DNA of 61,713 nt, filler included. It is 8 parts of 8 records of this genome, joined end to end, with 100 filler letters (N's around TTAATTAATTAA, not from the genome) between each part and the next. Parts side by side here need not be neighbours in the genome. Positions count along the whole stretch, not along the records: positions 25,094 to 31,118 come from SRR31156797_37792; positions 31,219 to 37,908 come from SRR31156797_37825; positions 38,009 to 46,406 come from SRR31156797_37839; 5 more parts are not named here. The stretch is one strand, 5' to 3'. Below the pieces are notes generated by a model. The model did no database searches. It saw only the letters and a list, made by a program, of their open reading frames with translations, and was not told where the DNA came from. Position 1 is the stretch's first letter. Each line of letters begins with the position of its first letter. This document shows, one piece after another, positions 30,914 through 40,471 of this stretch. The translations under genes and the position numbers were made by a program.

Positions 30914-31118
30914 CTATAGTTCAGCCAGAGACAGCATCAGATTTTCAAAAACCAAATCGGGCCGAACAAATCTGTTCAGGGCGTCTTCCGCCCGGTCTAG
31001 TTCTTCAAGCGCCCTGATATAATCATCGGGGCGTCTGCCAAAGGCTTTGGTTTCAAGTTCGCCTGCCAAATCACTGTTTACCAGGCGCTGCTCCGATCCT
31101 CCGCCGGCGAGTATCATC
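30914..31118 (-). CDS. holB: Probable DNA polymerase III delta' C-terminus (partial)
   Basis: Tail LVNSDL...ALNRFVRPDLVFENLMLSL, and its position directly upstream of ricT. Confidence 0.65.
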
Positions 31119-31218
31119 NNNNNNNNNNNNNNNNNNNNNNNNNNNNNNNNNNNNNNNNNNNNTTAATTAATTAANNNNNNNNNNNNNNNNNNNNNNNNNN
31201 NNNNNNNNNNNNNNNNNN
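31119..31218. other. Artificial contig linker
   Basis: N44-TTAATTAATTAA-N44. Confidence 0.98.
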
Positions 31219-31253
31219 AAAGCCACGACCAGCAATCCGTGAATTGTTCCCAT
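31219..31253 (-). CDS. Start of an unidentified gene (cut at contig edge)
   Basis: AAGGAG RBS followed by MGTIHGLLVVA. Confidence 0.45.
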
Positions 31254-31404
31254 AAATGCTCCTTCTAATTGTTTGTTCAAATATATTGTAATGGACCTAT
31301 CAAAAACAGGGAGAGCCGTAAGGTTTGGTATATACCCCTATTGGGATATCATTAGACAATACCTTATCAAGTAATAATACATCCTTTCCCCGATTCTTCA
31401 ATTC

Positions 31405-32652
31405 CTATTGCGTAATACCGTACACTTCGATCCTGTTATCCAGAAAATCAGAAAATGCCAATATCTTTCCGTCCGGAGAAAGCGCCAGTCCCGTAGGCTG
31501 ATTGCCCCCCCATACCCAATCAGTTATTTCATTCAATTCTGTGTCGTATACCAGAACTTTACCGAATTCGGGACCTTTGTATAAATATCCTTTCTCTCCG
31601 TTCCGGCCCCTGGATGAAATGTATAATTTATCTCCGTCTGGGGACAGTTTTATGGTGTTCACATTGCTGCCCGCATAAAATGATTTTTCCAGAGTATCGT
31701 TGTTAAGGTTGATAATATGGATTTTTCCATAATACATATCTGAGACATAGAGTCGATCTTTATCCGGATCGGTTACAATATGGCGGAGAGCGCCGTCTCC
31801 CAAATCTATGTTTTTAATAACGGACATTTTTTCGATATCTATTTTGTTAATGTCGCCTGTTGTGAAATTTGAGACATAGAGGAAATCCTGATTCTTGCTG
31901 ACAGCCATTCCTCTGGGGATTCCATCGACCTTAATCGTCTGCCTTACGGAATAGTCAACTGTGCTTACAACGGAAATGCTTTCGCTGATCCAATTTGAAA
32001 TAAAGGCTAAATCTTCCGACTCATTTAATGTGATCACTTTGGGATATATGCCCCCCGCATCAAAACTTCGCTTCAGTTCCCAGGTTTCCGTATCAAATAC
32101 ATGGATTTTTCCAGTCGTCATTTGGCTGACCCACATTTCTTTGCGGGTTTTAAAGAAAACGGTTTCGACAAATCCCCGTTTTAGACCCCACTCCTCAGGC
32201 AGGTTAATTTTTTTGTATAGCCTTCTTTTGTCAGCGGAATAGATCTCTATTCCCGATCCATTGAGCAGTGCCGTCACGATGAAGTCTCCGTCCGGGGAGA
32301 ATTCCACGCTTTTTGGCTGGTTGCCCGTTTCTATCACATCGAGTTGTCGAAGCGAAGGAGTATCACGTTCCAGTTTCACTTCTATCGTATATGAGGGGCA
32401 TTTCTCGGGCAGTTCGATATTTTTTTCAATGTAGCCTTCCGACCGAAGAGATAAATGGCTAATTTCAGGGAGCAGGGTATACACCCTTGTGTTTTCTGAA
32501 ATTTCTACTGGTTCCTGGAAGCGGTTATCCATATAGAGCTCAAAATCTAATGGAAACGCTTTGATACGGATTGTCCCGTTTTCGCTATCGTTACAGAAAA
32601 GACTAAATGAAGCGGCAAATAAAAAAAATAATGCAAAGGGTGAGAATTTCAT
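31405..32652 (-). CDS. Exported YncE/YVTN beta-propeller protein with PEGA-like N-domain
   Basis: Signal peptide, then blade repeats TGNQPKSVEFSPDG, GIYPKVI, GIPRGMAVS and GNQPTGLALSPDG. Confidence 0.82.
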   Translation of the reverse strand: MKFSPFALFFLFAASFSLFCNDSENGTIRIKAFPLDFELYMDNRFQEPVEISENTRVYTLLPEISHLSLRSEGYIEKNIELPEKCPSYTIEVKLERDTPSLRQLDVIETGNQPKSVEFSPDGDFIVTALLNGSGIEIYSADKRRLYKKINLPEEWGLKRGFVETVFFKTRKEMWVSQMTTGKIHVFDTETWELKRSFDAGGIYPKVITLNESEDLAFISNWISESISVVSTVDYSVRQTIKVDGIPRGMAVSKNQDFLYVSNFTTGDINKIDIEKMSVIKNIDLGDGALRHIVTDPDKDRLYVSDMYYGKIHIINLNNDTLEKSFYAGSNVNTIKLSPDGDKLYISSRGRNGEKGYLYKGPEFGKVLVYDTELNEITDWVWGGNQPTGLALSPDGKILAFSDFLDNRIEVYGITQ

Positions 32653-33025
32653 GAATTTCTGTCCTTTTATCTATTGAAGCTAAAAAATCCTGTATCGATA
32701 CCTTATCAAAAGTATGTTTAGCTGTTTACTATTTTGGATTTTTTATCTTATCTCATAATAAAATATTATCCTGTAGGAAGTATATATTCCAAGTACGACA
32801 AGAGGGTATTAATCTACCCCTTTGGGGGTATGGGAGGAGCTGAAGCAGCTCATTATAATACTTCAATGTCAACACAGCCGGAATCCTTATAAGGATTAAT
32901 GGTATAAAGATTCAAGAGTTTTATATTAGAAAACATTCAGGTATAAAACCATTATATAGATAATTTGGATTAATAATAAAGTGATCTGTTAAAATCATTG
33001 TAAATATCAACCAGGAGTAACAAGA

Positions 33026-34930
33026 TTGAATATAAAATATAATCTGTCCATCAGGGGGCAAGGTAAAAAAGTTATAATTACTAGCAAGGAAAATTCTGGT
33101 GAAACAATATGGTCTTTCAGACCTTTAAACGATAAGGATTTGATAATATTTAAAAAGTTTATAAATCCTTCCAGGTTTGTACTGATAAATGACAGAGCCC
33201 ATGTCAGAGTCTTTGATGTGGAAAGCCAATCCCAAGTATTTGAAAAGCACTTTAACTCCAAACTATCCTGCGGTGCCTGTTTCTCACGAGATATGAGCCA
33301 ATTGTACATATCCTATTGCAACAGCGCTGATAATGGCTGGAAGTACTATCTGGCTTCAATTTCCATAGATGACTTTAGCAATATATCCCTTTGCCCTTTG
33401 CCCAAACCGCTCGACTTGAAAGTTTTCAGAGAACGATCTGACGGTAAACTGGTTTTCTATTATTTAAAAGATAACCGGTGGGATCTTGATGAAGATGACG
33501 AGGATTTTGACAGCATGTTCAAAGCCGCACACGGTTTTCAAGTAGTTGATTTAAAAACCCGGAAGTCTGAGAAAATTGAGATGGATTATGTTGTTCTTAA
33601 CGATATGGGAGATGTGATAGATCCGGTATTTGATTCAGCGGGAACTTTTGCCGTGCTTGTGGCTGGCGGCAATGTTGAAGTTGTAAAAAACAAATCAAGT
33701 GAATTTACATTCATTTACAAAATAATGATAGTTGATTTATACTCTTTCGAAAAGAAGGTCCTTCCTGTACGGAATTTTGCCCTGGACCAGCTTACATGTG
33801 ACGATGAAGACGATCGTGAAATGGCCCGGTATCTTGTAGGCAGGTCGCCATTTAAGGATGAAGCATCTTCTTTAATTGACACTGAAGAAGATGTTGACGA
33901 TAAAGACGAATACGACGAAGATGGCATTTTTGAAAACTATGCGGAAGCCTATGAAAAATTCTTCGGAAACCTGTACTCCATTGACCTACTTGAATATGAT
34001 AACTGTATCTGGTTATGCTGGCGCGGCTGTATACTAAGAAGGATGTCCTTGGATAATTATAATATGTCTCCATTGCTTGTCCCTTATGGAAAAGAGATTC
34101 TGAGGAATGGTGAAGATGCTATAAGCAAACCATTTGAGTTGCGAATGCTTCACGGCAAACCTTATACAATTAATCAGAATGAAATCATACTTAAACACTA
34201 TTGGACCGAATACAGGATTTCTTTAAAGGGAATTGATCTTGAGTCGGACCGGGAAATATTACCTGTTTTATTTACCAGTGAAGAAGATTATGGTGATGAT
34301 GATTCAAATGATGATATGGATTGGATTGTAATCTGCACTGATGATCTAGATTCGGATCAGGGATATATGAGTGCTCTGGATGAAATCATTATAAAATCCA
34401 AAGATATTGAATCAGTTAAAAATGGGGAACTCTTAAGATTTAAAATTACCGATGAAAATAAAGAAATGGATGAGGATATTTTTTTTGAGAAGGCTGTTGC
34501 TATTGAGACTGGTGAAGATAAAACTGCTGAAGTGTTAGAAAATTTCCTGAAATATAAGGATGCTGAAGATCTCTATTATGATGAAGAACACACAGCTCTG
34601 TGTTTTGCTGTCTACCATCTTCCTTTGAACAGTTCCAGACATGTTGATATAGTATTAAAATATCTGGCAATGGTCGATTTTGAACATGATGTCTTTGTCC
34701 GGGAAGAATTAGTTCCCAAGCTTATAGATAATCCATCCTATGGCCTGCTTTTTAAATTGGCCGTGCTTTTTCTGGACCTTGATATTTCTGATGAAATTCG
34801 GGAGGAATATAAAAACAAGATGTCAGATTTCAGGAGCTGGTTCGAAGATAAGGATAATCAAAAAATCATAACCGCTTATTTGGATCAATTATCAAACGCC
34901 GGAATTGAAGTGAATACCGAACTTATATAA
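33026..34930 (+). CDS. Acidic hypothetical protein; C-terminus resembles DUF6138
   Basis: 634-aa ORF with a CAGGAG RBS and TTG start. It is Asp/Glu-rich, and the C-terminal ALCFAVYHL...YLAMVDFEH recalls DUF6138 (from memory, unverified). Confidence 0.6.
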   Translation: MNIKYNLSIRGQGKKVIITSKENSGETIWSFRPLNDKDLIIFKKFINPSRFVLINDRAHVRVFDVESQSQVFEKHFNSKLSCGACFSRDMSQLYISYCNSADNGWKYYLASISIDDFSNISLCPLPKPLDLKVFRERSDGKLVFYYLKDNRWDLDEDDEDFDSMFKAAHGFQVVDLKTRKSEKIEMDYVVLNDMGDVIDPVFDSAGTFAVLVAGGNVEVVKNKSSEFTFIYKIMIVDLYSFEKKVLPVRNFALDQLTCDDEDDREMARYLVGRSPFKDEASSLIDTEEDVDDKDEYDEDGIFENYAEAYEKFFGNLYSIDLLEYDNCIWLCWRGCILRRMSLDNYNMSPLLVPYGKEILRNGEDAISKPFELRMLHGKPYTINQNEIILKHYWTEYRISLKGIDLESDREILPVLFTSEEDYGDDDSNDDMDWIVICTDDLDSDQGYMSALDEIIIKSKDIESVKNGELLRFKITDENKEMDEDIFFEKAVAIETGEDKTAEVLENFLKYKDAEDLYYDEEHTALCFAVYHLPLNSSRHVDIVLKYLAMVDFEHDVFVREELVPKLIDNPSYGLLFKLAVLFLDLDISDEIREEYKNKMSDFRSWFEDKDNQKIITAYLDQLSNAGIEVNTELI

Positions 34931-34997
34931 TCGTTATTCGAACCTCCAGTACTTAAGCCTGAAACATTGAATGCTATAGAGTAAAAGGATTATATCA

Positions 34998-35852
34998 ATG
35001 AGAAAATATCTGATTTGCCTGTTTTTATTAGCCTTAATCCCATATCTATCCGCTCAGGAAATAAGTAAGGAAGAGCGGAACAGAATCAATGAAGTGCTTG
35101 AAAAGAGGGCGGTCTATGAAGCACAGGATCTGGCACAGCTTATAATGAATGGAGATCTTGCATTACTGGATTCAATGTCTGATGTGATGAGAATCGCGGA
35201 GCTCAATGAGTCTCAACTAAGAATATTGAGAAATACACTCTTTGCCCGATACGGATATTCATTCAAATCCAAAGATCTTCAGGAACATTTTTCCCGATTC
35301 GAATGGTATTCCCCTAAATCGGAAAATTTTGATTCTCAGTTATCTGAGAAGGATAAACGGACAATAGAATTGATCCGAAAATTTGAGAACATTGATACAG
35401 AAACTAAAGCGGATATTTCAAAGAATGATCTTACAGGGGTATGGCATATTTCACCTCATGTGGCTGCGGGATTTCACGATGTTTATCAGTTTTATTCAGA
35501 CGGGAGCTTTACTTTTAACTATAGTCAGATGCAGGAGCTGCCAGAAGATCTTTCATTTTCTGGAAAATATGAGATAAGGGGGAATGCTCTTTTTCTTTTT
35601 GCTGAAACAAAAGACACTCTGGATCATTCTGATGAAATTGAATGGACCGGTGGTTGGGGGTATATATGGAAGGATTCCCACAGGGAGACATCATCTTTTA
35701 CCAGGCAGTACCGTCTACCTATCGGTGGGCCCGTTAGAAGAGCAGGGGAGATGTATAAAAGGGCTGATGATATGATGAAGCAGATGTTTATAATCGAAAT
35801 CGGTGGAGATATATACTTCAAATATTCGGATAATCCGGATGATTATAGTTAA
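34998..35852 (+). CDS. Exported YARHG-domain protein
   Basis: Signal peptide and LRILRNTLFARYGYSFKSKDLQEHFSRFEWYSP. Confidence 0.85.
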   Translation: MRKYLICLFLLALIPYLSAQEISKEERNRINEVLEKRAVYEAQDLAQLIMNGDLALLDSMSDVMRIAELNESQLRILRNTLFARYGYSFKSKDLQEHFSRFEWYSPKSENFDSQLSEKDKRTIELIRKFENIDTETKADISKNDLTGVWHISPHVAAGFHDVYQFYSDGSFTFNYSQMQELPEDLSFSGKYEIRGNALFLFAETKDTLDHSDEIEWTGGWGYIWKDSHRETSSFTRQYRLPIGGPVRRAGEMYKRADDMMKQMFIIEIGGDIYFKYSDNPDDYS

Positions 35853-36020
35853 AGAATTTTCGGTCGGTTCAACACAATCAAATAAATCATGATTCCGATA
35901 TTCCCTTGAGGAAACTTCCTTCTACCGGGATACTTATGAAATGAATGGATTCAGGATTATTAATCTATACCCAGAATATTCAAACTTAACCGACGCATCT
36001 GCTTATCGTCTCCGGACGGG

Positions 36021-36551
36021 TTACTTATTCATAAACTCATTCATGGCGATTTGAAATTCTTTTTTATTGGTGTAGATAAATTCGATGTAAGCGGGCTTTT
36101 TTCCTTTTTTGTTTTTTCGGCCCAGTCGATATTCCTTTTTTCTTGAGAGTCCTCGTCCGCCGTAACAAAGAGTACGAGTTTGCAGTTTATGATAGGGCTC
36201 TCTGAACTTCATTCTGGAAAAGCAATCGTAGGAGCTAACATTTCTATCGTTTCTATTGAAAACGATCCGCTGCTTAAACAGGGGAGTTAGATAGATTAGA
36301 AATAGAGGAAGGATAATCAGAAAAAGTACACAAAGCTTGAATACAAGGCTGTCTATTACAAACATGCATAAAACGGGTAGAAGTAACGTAGGATATAGTA
36401 ATGATAAGAATCTGGTAAAATAGCCATTCAACTCGTATCTTTCTATAATGCCTTCTTCAACCACATTAAACCTTTTTCCACCGATCTCGACTGTGTTCTC
36501 TAACTCTGAAGAACCAGATCTCTCTCCGGGGCCTATTTCAATTTCATTCAT
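36021..36551 (-). CDS. Hypothetical two-TM membrane protein
   Basis: Two hydrophobic segments followed by a basic soluble tail. Confidence 0.55.
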   Translation of the reverse strand: MNEIEIGPGERSGSSELENTVEIGGKRFNVVEEGIIERYELNGYFTRFLSLLYPTLLLPVLCMFVIDSLVFKLCVLFLIILPLFLIYLTPLFKQRIVFNRNDRNVSSYDCFSRMKFREPYHKLQTRTLCYGGRGLSRKKEYRLGRKNKKGKKPAYIEFIYTNKKEFQIAMNEFMNK

Positions 36552-36642
36552 TGTTCAAATCACTTACTCAGTATTTAATTTTTTCCTTCAGGTCTGTTTT
36601 CTTTCCGCACAGGTATATGACGATTATTATCTGGATGAATAA

Positions 36643-37383
36643 TCATTCATGTGAAAGGATAAAGTGGATATTATTTTTTTCCTTGTTATTCATAAATCTG
36701 TCTACATTCCTGAACCGGGAAGTATACCAGATCTGGTTTCTGAAATGGGTATCCATCTCTCCTCCCGGTCTGAATATATAGCCGTAACGGGCAAAGATCT
36801 CGTTTCTCATTATTTTCAGTTCATCTTTTGATTTTCCGGCAAGATCATTATTCTCTAACAGCCGGTAATGGGAATCGGGGTAATCTCCGGCAATCGTACA
36901 GTCATTAATCCCCAATTCATTTTCGATGGAGATCGGTGAACTATATATAATAAGCCCTTTGTATTGATAAATGGCTTCCATAGTTCCAAGATCATAATTT
37001 TCCGGCTGGTAATAGTAATACACGAAACGACCTTTCCAGCCGTCTTTTTCAAATTGACCGTCATTAATCCTGAAATCCTTTAGCTCTGTATAGTTCCAGA
37101 CAAATCCTTCCCCATTCTCGGTGAACCTTCCGGCTTTATGAATCAGTGAGTATGTTTCCCCATTTCCGGTAATCGTCAGTTCGGATTCCATTTCGGAAAA
37201 GCCGAAACTGTAGGAGTCCTCAAAATCATTCATCCTTGTCCTGATTTTATCCGTTAGAATTGCTTCTCCCACCAAATTTCCGCCGTACCAGATAATCTCA
37301 TCTGATTCATCGCAGAATAAGGCAACGGAAAGAAGGAAAAAAAGAGGTATAAGTTTCCTGAAATCGGCTTTCATTATATTCAC
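36643..37383 (-). CDS. Exported YARHG-domain protein (C-terminal YARHG)
   Basis: Signal peptide and ELKIMRNEIFARYGYIFRPGGEMDTHFRNQIWY. Confidence 0.85.
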   Translation of the reverse strand: MNIMKADFRKLIPLFFLLSVALFCDESDEIIWYGGNLVGEAILTDKIRTRMNDFEDSYSFGFSEMESELTITGNGETYSLIHKAGRFTENGEGFVWNYTELKDFRINDGQFEKDGWKGRFVYYYYQPENYDLGTMEAIYQYKGLIIYSSPISIENELGINDCTIAGDYPDSHYRLLENNDLAGKSKDELKIMRNEIFARYGYIFRPGGEMDTHFRNQIWYTSRFRNVDRFMNNKEKNNIHFILSHE

Positions 37384-37400
37384 TCCTTTTTCGTTCTTTT

Positions 37401-37859
37401 CTACCGGGCTACCGAGTATATTTCAATTCTGTGATCCAGAAAGTCGGTAAATGCCATCATTTTTCCATCAGGAGAAAGGGCAAGTCCCGTAGGCTGATTG
37501 CCGCCCCAGATCCAGTCGGTTATTTTTTTCAGCTCTGTATCATACACCAGTATCTTGCCGAATTCCGGGCCTTTGTACAAGTATCCCTGTTCGCTGTTGC
37601 GCCCTCGGTAAGAGATATACAGCTTTTTTCCATCAGGAGAGAGTTTTATTGTGTTTACATTGCTGCCCGTGTAAAAAGAGCTTTCCAGAGTGTCATCGGC
37701 AAGATTGACAATATGAACCTTGCCGTAAAATATGTCGGAAACATAAAGTTTATTCTTTTCCCAGTCGATTACGATATGTCGGAGAGCCCCGTCTCCCAGA
37801 TCAATATTTTTGACTACCTTCATTGTATCTATCTCTATTTTGTTTATATCTCCGGACAC
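37401..37859 (-). pseudogene. Partial second copy of the YncE beta-propeller gene (C-terminal about 150 aa)
   Basis: Collinear with the C-terminus of 31405-32652 (shared KNIDLGDGALRHIV, GSNVNTIKLSPDG, GYLYKGPEFGK, WGGNQPTGLALSPDGK). Similarity stops about 55 bp before the contig end. Confidence 0.6.
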
Positions 37860-37908
37860 AGCTTTCCAAAATAAAATTGACTCATAGAAACAGCTCCATT
37901 TGAAGGTC

Positions 37909-38008
37909 NNNNNNNNNNNNNNNNNNNNNNNNNNNNNNNNNNNNNNNNNNNNTTAATTAATTAANNNNNNNNNNNNNNNNNNNNNNNNNNNNNNNNNNNN
38001 NNNNNNNN
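37909..38008. other. Artificial contig linker
   Basis: N44-TTAATTAATTAA-N44. Confidence 0.98.
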
Positions 38009-38170
38009 GGAAGTGATAGATGTTATAAAAAAGCTTGGAGTGATGAGCAAATTTTTGAGTTTTTTAGAAGTGAGCGTGGAAAACACTTTGATCCTAAACT
38101 AATTGATATCTTCTTTGATAATATTGATCAGTTCTTATATATTCGAGATACCTATCAAGACAATTTTTAA
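38009..38170 (+). CDS. HD-GYP phosphodiesterase C-terminus (partial; not in ORF track)
   Basis: Translates GSDRCYKKAW...ERGKHFDPKLIDIF. Confidence 0.82.
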   Translation, partial: GSDRCYKKAWSDEQIFEFFRSERGKHFDPKLIDIFFDNIDQFLYIRDTYQDNF

Positions 38171-38185
38171 AAGCTCTAAAAGCTT

Positions 38186-39091
38186 TTAAAAATCATCAAG
38201 AAGAGTTTCCCCAAACTCCCAAAATAGACGATGAAGTATCTTTTTATTTTTTACTTTTGCATCTAACTCTTCATAGTTATCATTAAATCTTTCAATATAT
38301 TGAAAAATATCTTTTAGTGCATCAAATGGATTGATGTTGTATTTGTCACTTCGAAAAGCTGCTCGGATAATCTTTTCATCAAAAAGGTCTGTCTTTTTTA
38401 AGATCTCCATATCATAGCGTACAGCATTGGTAATATACTCCATATCTCCATGGAACTCTTGACAAAGATTGTCAAAACATCCAAGTTTGCTTACAAATCG
38501 TTTGTCATTCATAAGATCACGATCAATATATTTTAAGATCTTGTGTTTCATATCATGATCAAAAGTATAGTTCATAATATCGATGATAAAATATTTGTTT
38601 CTTCTAAGGTTTGTTGCAAATCGTAGATTTTCTATATTTCTAGTAGTTGCCATCAAAGCTATCTCATGATCTATTTGAAAGCTTGGTGGCATCTCTTGTA
38701 AAATTGGACTTCTATATTTTGTTGGATCATCTATGTTTTCCTCTTTTTGTGCAGCTAAAAGAGCAAGTTCTCTACTTGCTTTTAGATTTGCAGGTAAATA
38801 GACATAGGTACGGTTATATTTAAGGATTGCCCCTTTAGCAAATTCAAAGTCACTTAGAAGCTTTTCATCAATATTTTTTAAGATATCATCACCTAAACCA
38901 TTTTGGATATGATGATTCCACATATCTTTTTTTGCTTCATTGTGTGGTGAAATTGATTGTGATGTAACCCCTAAAAGGCGTATCATAATTGTTTTGTTTG
39001 AAAAATACTCGTGCGGGATAGCGGCTAAGAGCAGCTTTTTCTCTTGCCAATACTTAACATTATCAAATACTGCGTCGATTATATGAGTCAA
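38186..39091 (-). CDS. DUF4116-repeat protein
   Basis: Repeats of the D.EI...A....... pattern: DFEFAKGAILKY, SRELALLAAQ, DHEIALMATTRN, DMEYITNAVRYD. Confidence 0.6.
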   Translation of the reverse strand: MTHIIDAVFDNVKYWQEKKLLLAAIPHEYFSNKTIMIRLLGVTSQSISPHNEAKKDMWNHHIQNGLGDDILKNIDEKLLSDFEFAKGAILKYNRTYVYLPANLKASRELALLAAQKEENIDDPTKYRSPILQEMPPSFQIDHEIALMATTRNIENLRFATNLRRNKYFIIDIMNYTFDHDMKHKILKYIDRDLMNDKRFVSKLGCFDNLCQEFHGDMEYITNAVRYDMEILKKTDLFDEKIIRAAFRSDKYNINPFDALKDIFQYIERFNDNYEELDAKVKNKKILHRLFWEFGETLLDDF

Positions 39092-39129
39092 AGTAAACCT
39101 TTATAGATCTATAATTTAATACATTTATA

Positions 39130-39621
39130 TTAATATATTCCACCTAATTTTTCTATTAAAATATCATTGTGATTTACGAATCTATCACACTTTTTCCCAC
39201 CTAAGGCATAACAAAACTCTTGCCACCTTTTAGTGTGTCCTCCATTTTGCTTGCTAAAGTCTTTAAAATGGAACATTAAAGCATGGGCATACTCGTGAGG
39301 AAGTACATAATCTACCATATAGTTTTCACTCTCTTGAAATCTTTTTTTATTGAGATAGATTTTAATCACCCCCTTTTTATATGTAGCTAAACCATAAAGA
39401 TTATTGGGAAGTTGATCCTCTATGATCACTGGGAACTGAATATTAAGATTATAGTTTTGAGCAATGAGCATTCTCATCTCTTTTTCTTTAGATTCAAGTT
39501 TTGTAATAATCTCTTTTGATAAAGGGTTGTTTTTAAATTGGATATCTTTAAAAAACACGAGAACAAAAAGGATCAAAGAGGTTAATGTAAATAAAAAAAA
39601 TATTCTATATAATGTATTCAT
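39130..39621 (-). CDS. SprT-like zinc metalloprotease with N-terminal anchor
   Basis: VLPHEYAHA (HExxH) and GHTKRWQEFC. Confidence 0.8.
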   Translation of the reverse strand: MNTLYRIFFLFTLTSLILFVLVFFKDIQFKNNPLSKEIITKLESKEKEMRMLIAQNYNLNIQFPVIIEDQLPNNLYGLATYKKGVIKIYLNKKRFQESENYMVDYVLPHEYAHALMFHFKDFSKQNGGHTKRWQEFCYALGGKKCDRFVNHNDILIEKLGGIY

Positions 39622-39740
39622 CTTAAAAAATATAATAGCAAATTAAAAAACAGTAATCTCTTAATTTAATAATTATATTTAATTGTTAAGTTAATAAAAT
39701 ATGTTATATTGATTAAAAATAAGAAAATTTTAGGATTATT

Positions 39741-40394
39741 ATGAAAACAAAATTAGTGATATTTGATCTTGATGGGACTTTACTTGATTCTTTAGAAGAT
39801 ATTGCAAGATCAGCCAATACAATGCTTGAAGAGTTGGGTTACAAACCCTATGAAGTTAATGAGTATAGAAAGTTTGTAGGAGATGGAGCACGAGAACTTG
39901 TAAAGGGTGCATTACCAAATAATTTAGATGATGAGACAATTGATAAAGCCTTGGCTATTTTTAAATCATATTATAGTAACAAGATCCATGGAAATACAAA
40001 GCCTTATGATGGGATTTATGAGATGCTAAAAAGTATATCTAGTACTTGCGATCTTGCACTTTTATCAAATAAACCTCATAAGTTCACTTTAGAGTATATG
40101 GATCTATTTTTTAAGCAATTTGATTTTAAACAGATCCATGGACAAAAAGATGAAGTACCAAGAAAGCCTGATCCTGCAGGGGCTTTTAATATTTTAAAAG
40201 ATATTGGACAAAGTTATGGAGAGGTTTTTTATGTGGGAGATACTGCAACTGATATGAAAACAGCAGTTGGAGCAAAGCTTATCCCTATAGGAGTTTTATG
40301 GGGATATCAAGATGAAAAAAGTCTAAGAGATCATGGGGCAAAATATATAGTAAATGATCCACAAGAACTTAGTGAAATAATTTTAAAAAACTAA
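39741..40394 (+). CDS. HAD-superfamily hydrolase (phosphoglycolate phosphatase-like)
   Basis: Motifs FDLDGTLLDS, LSNK, RKPDP and YVGDTATD. Confidence 0.9.
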   Translation: MKTKLVIFDLDGTLLDSLEDIARSANTMLEELGYKPYEVNEYRKFVGDGARELVKGALPNNLDDETIDKALAIFKSYYSNKIHGNTKPYDGIYEMLKSISSTCDLALLSNKPHKFTLEYMDLFFKQFDFKQIHGQKDEVPRKPDPAGAFNILKDIGQSYGEVFYVGDTATDMKTAVGAKLIPIGVLWGYQDEKSLRDHGAKYIVNDPQELSEIILKN

Positions 40395-40471
40395 TAGACC
40401 TTAAAACAGACATTATATTTTCTATAAAGTAGTTTATAATTATATATTAGAAACTATAACAAGGTTAATTT

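Noticed and set aside
30012..31022. Long antisense ORFs (for example 30012-31022, 20839-21897, 3843-4640, 60080-60922)
   Set aside because: They are shadows of well-supported genes on the opposite strand and show no motifs of their own.
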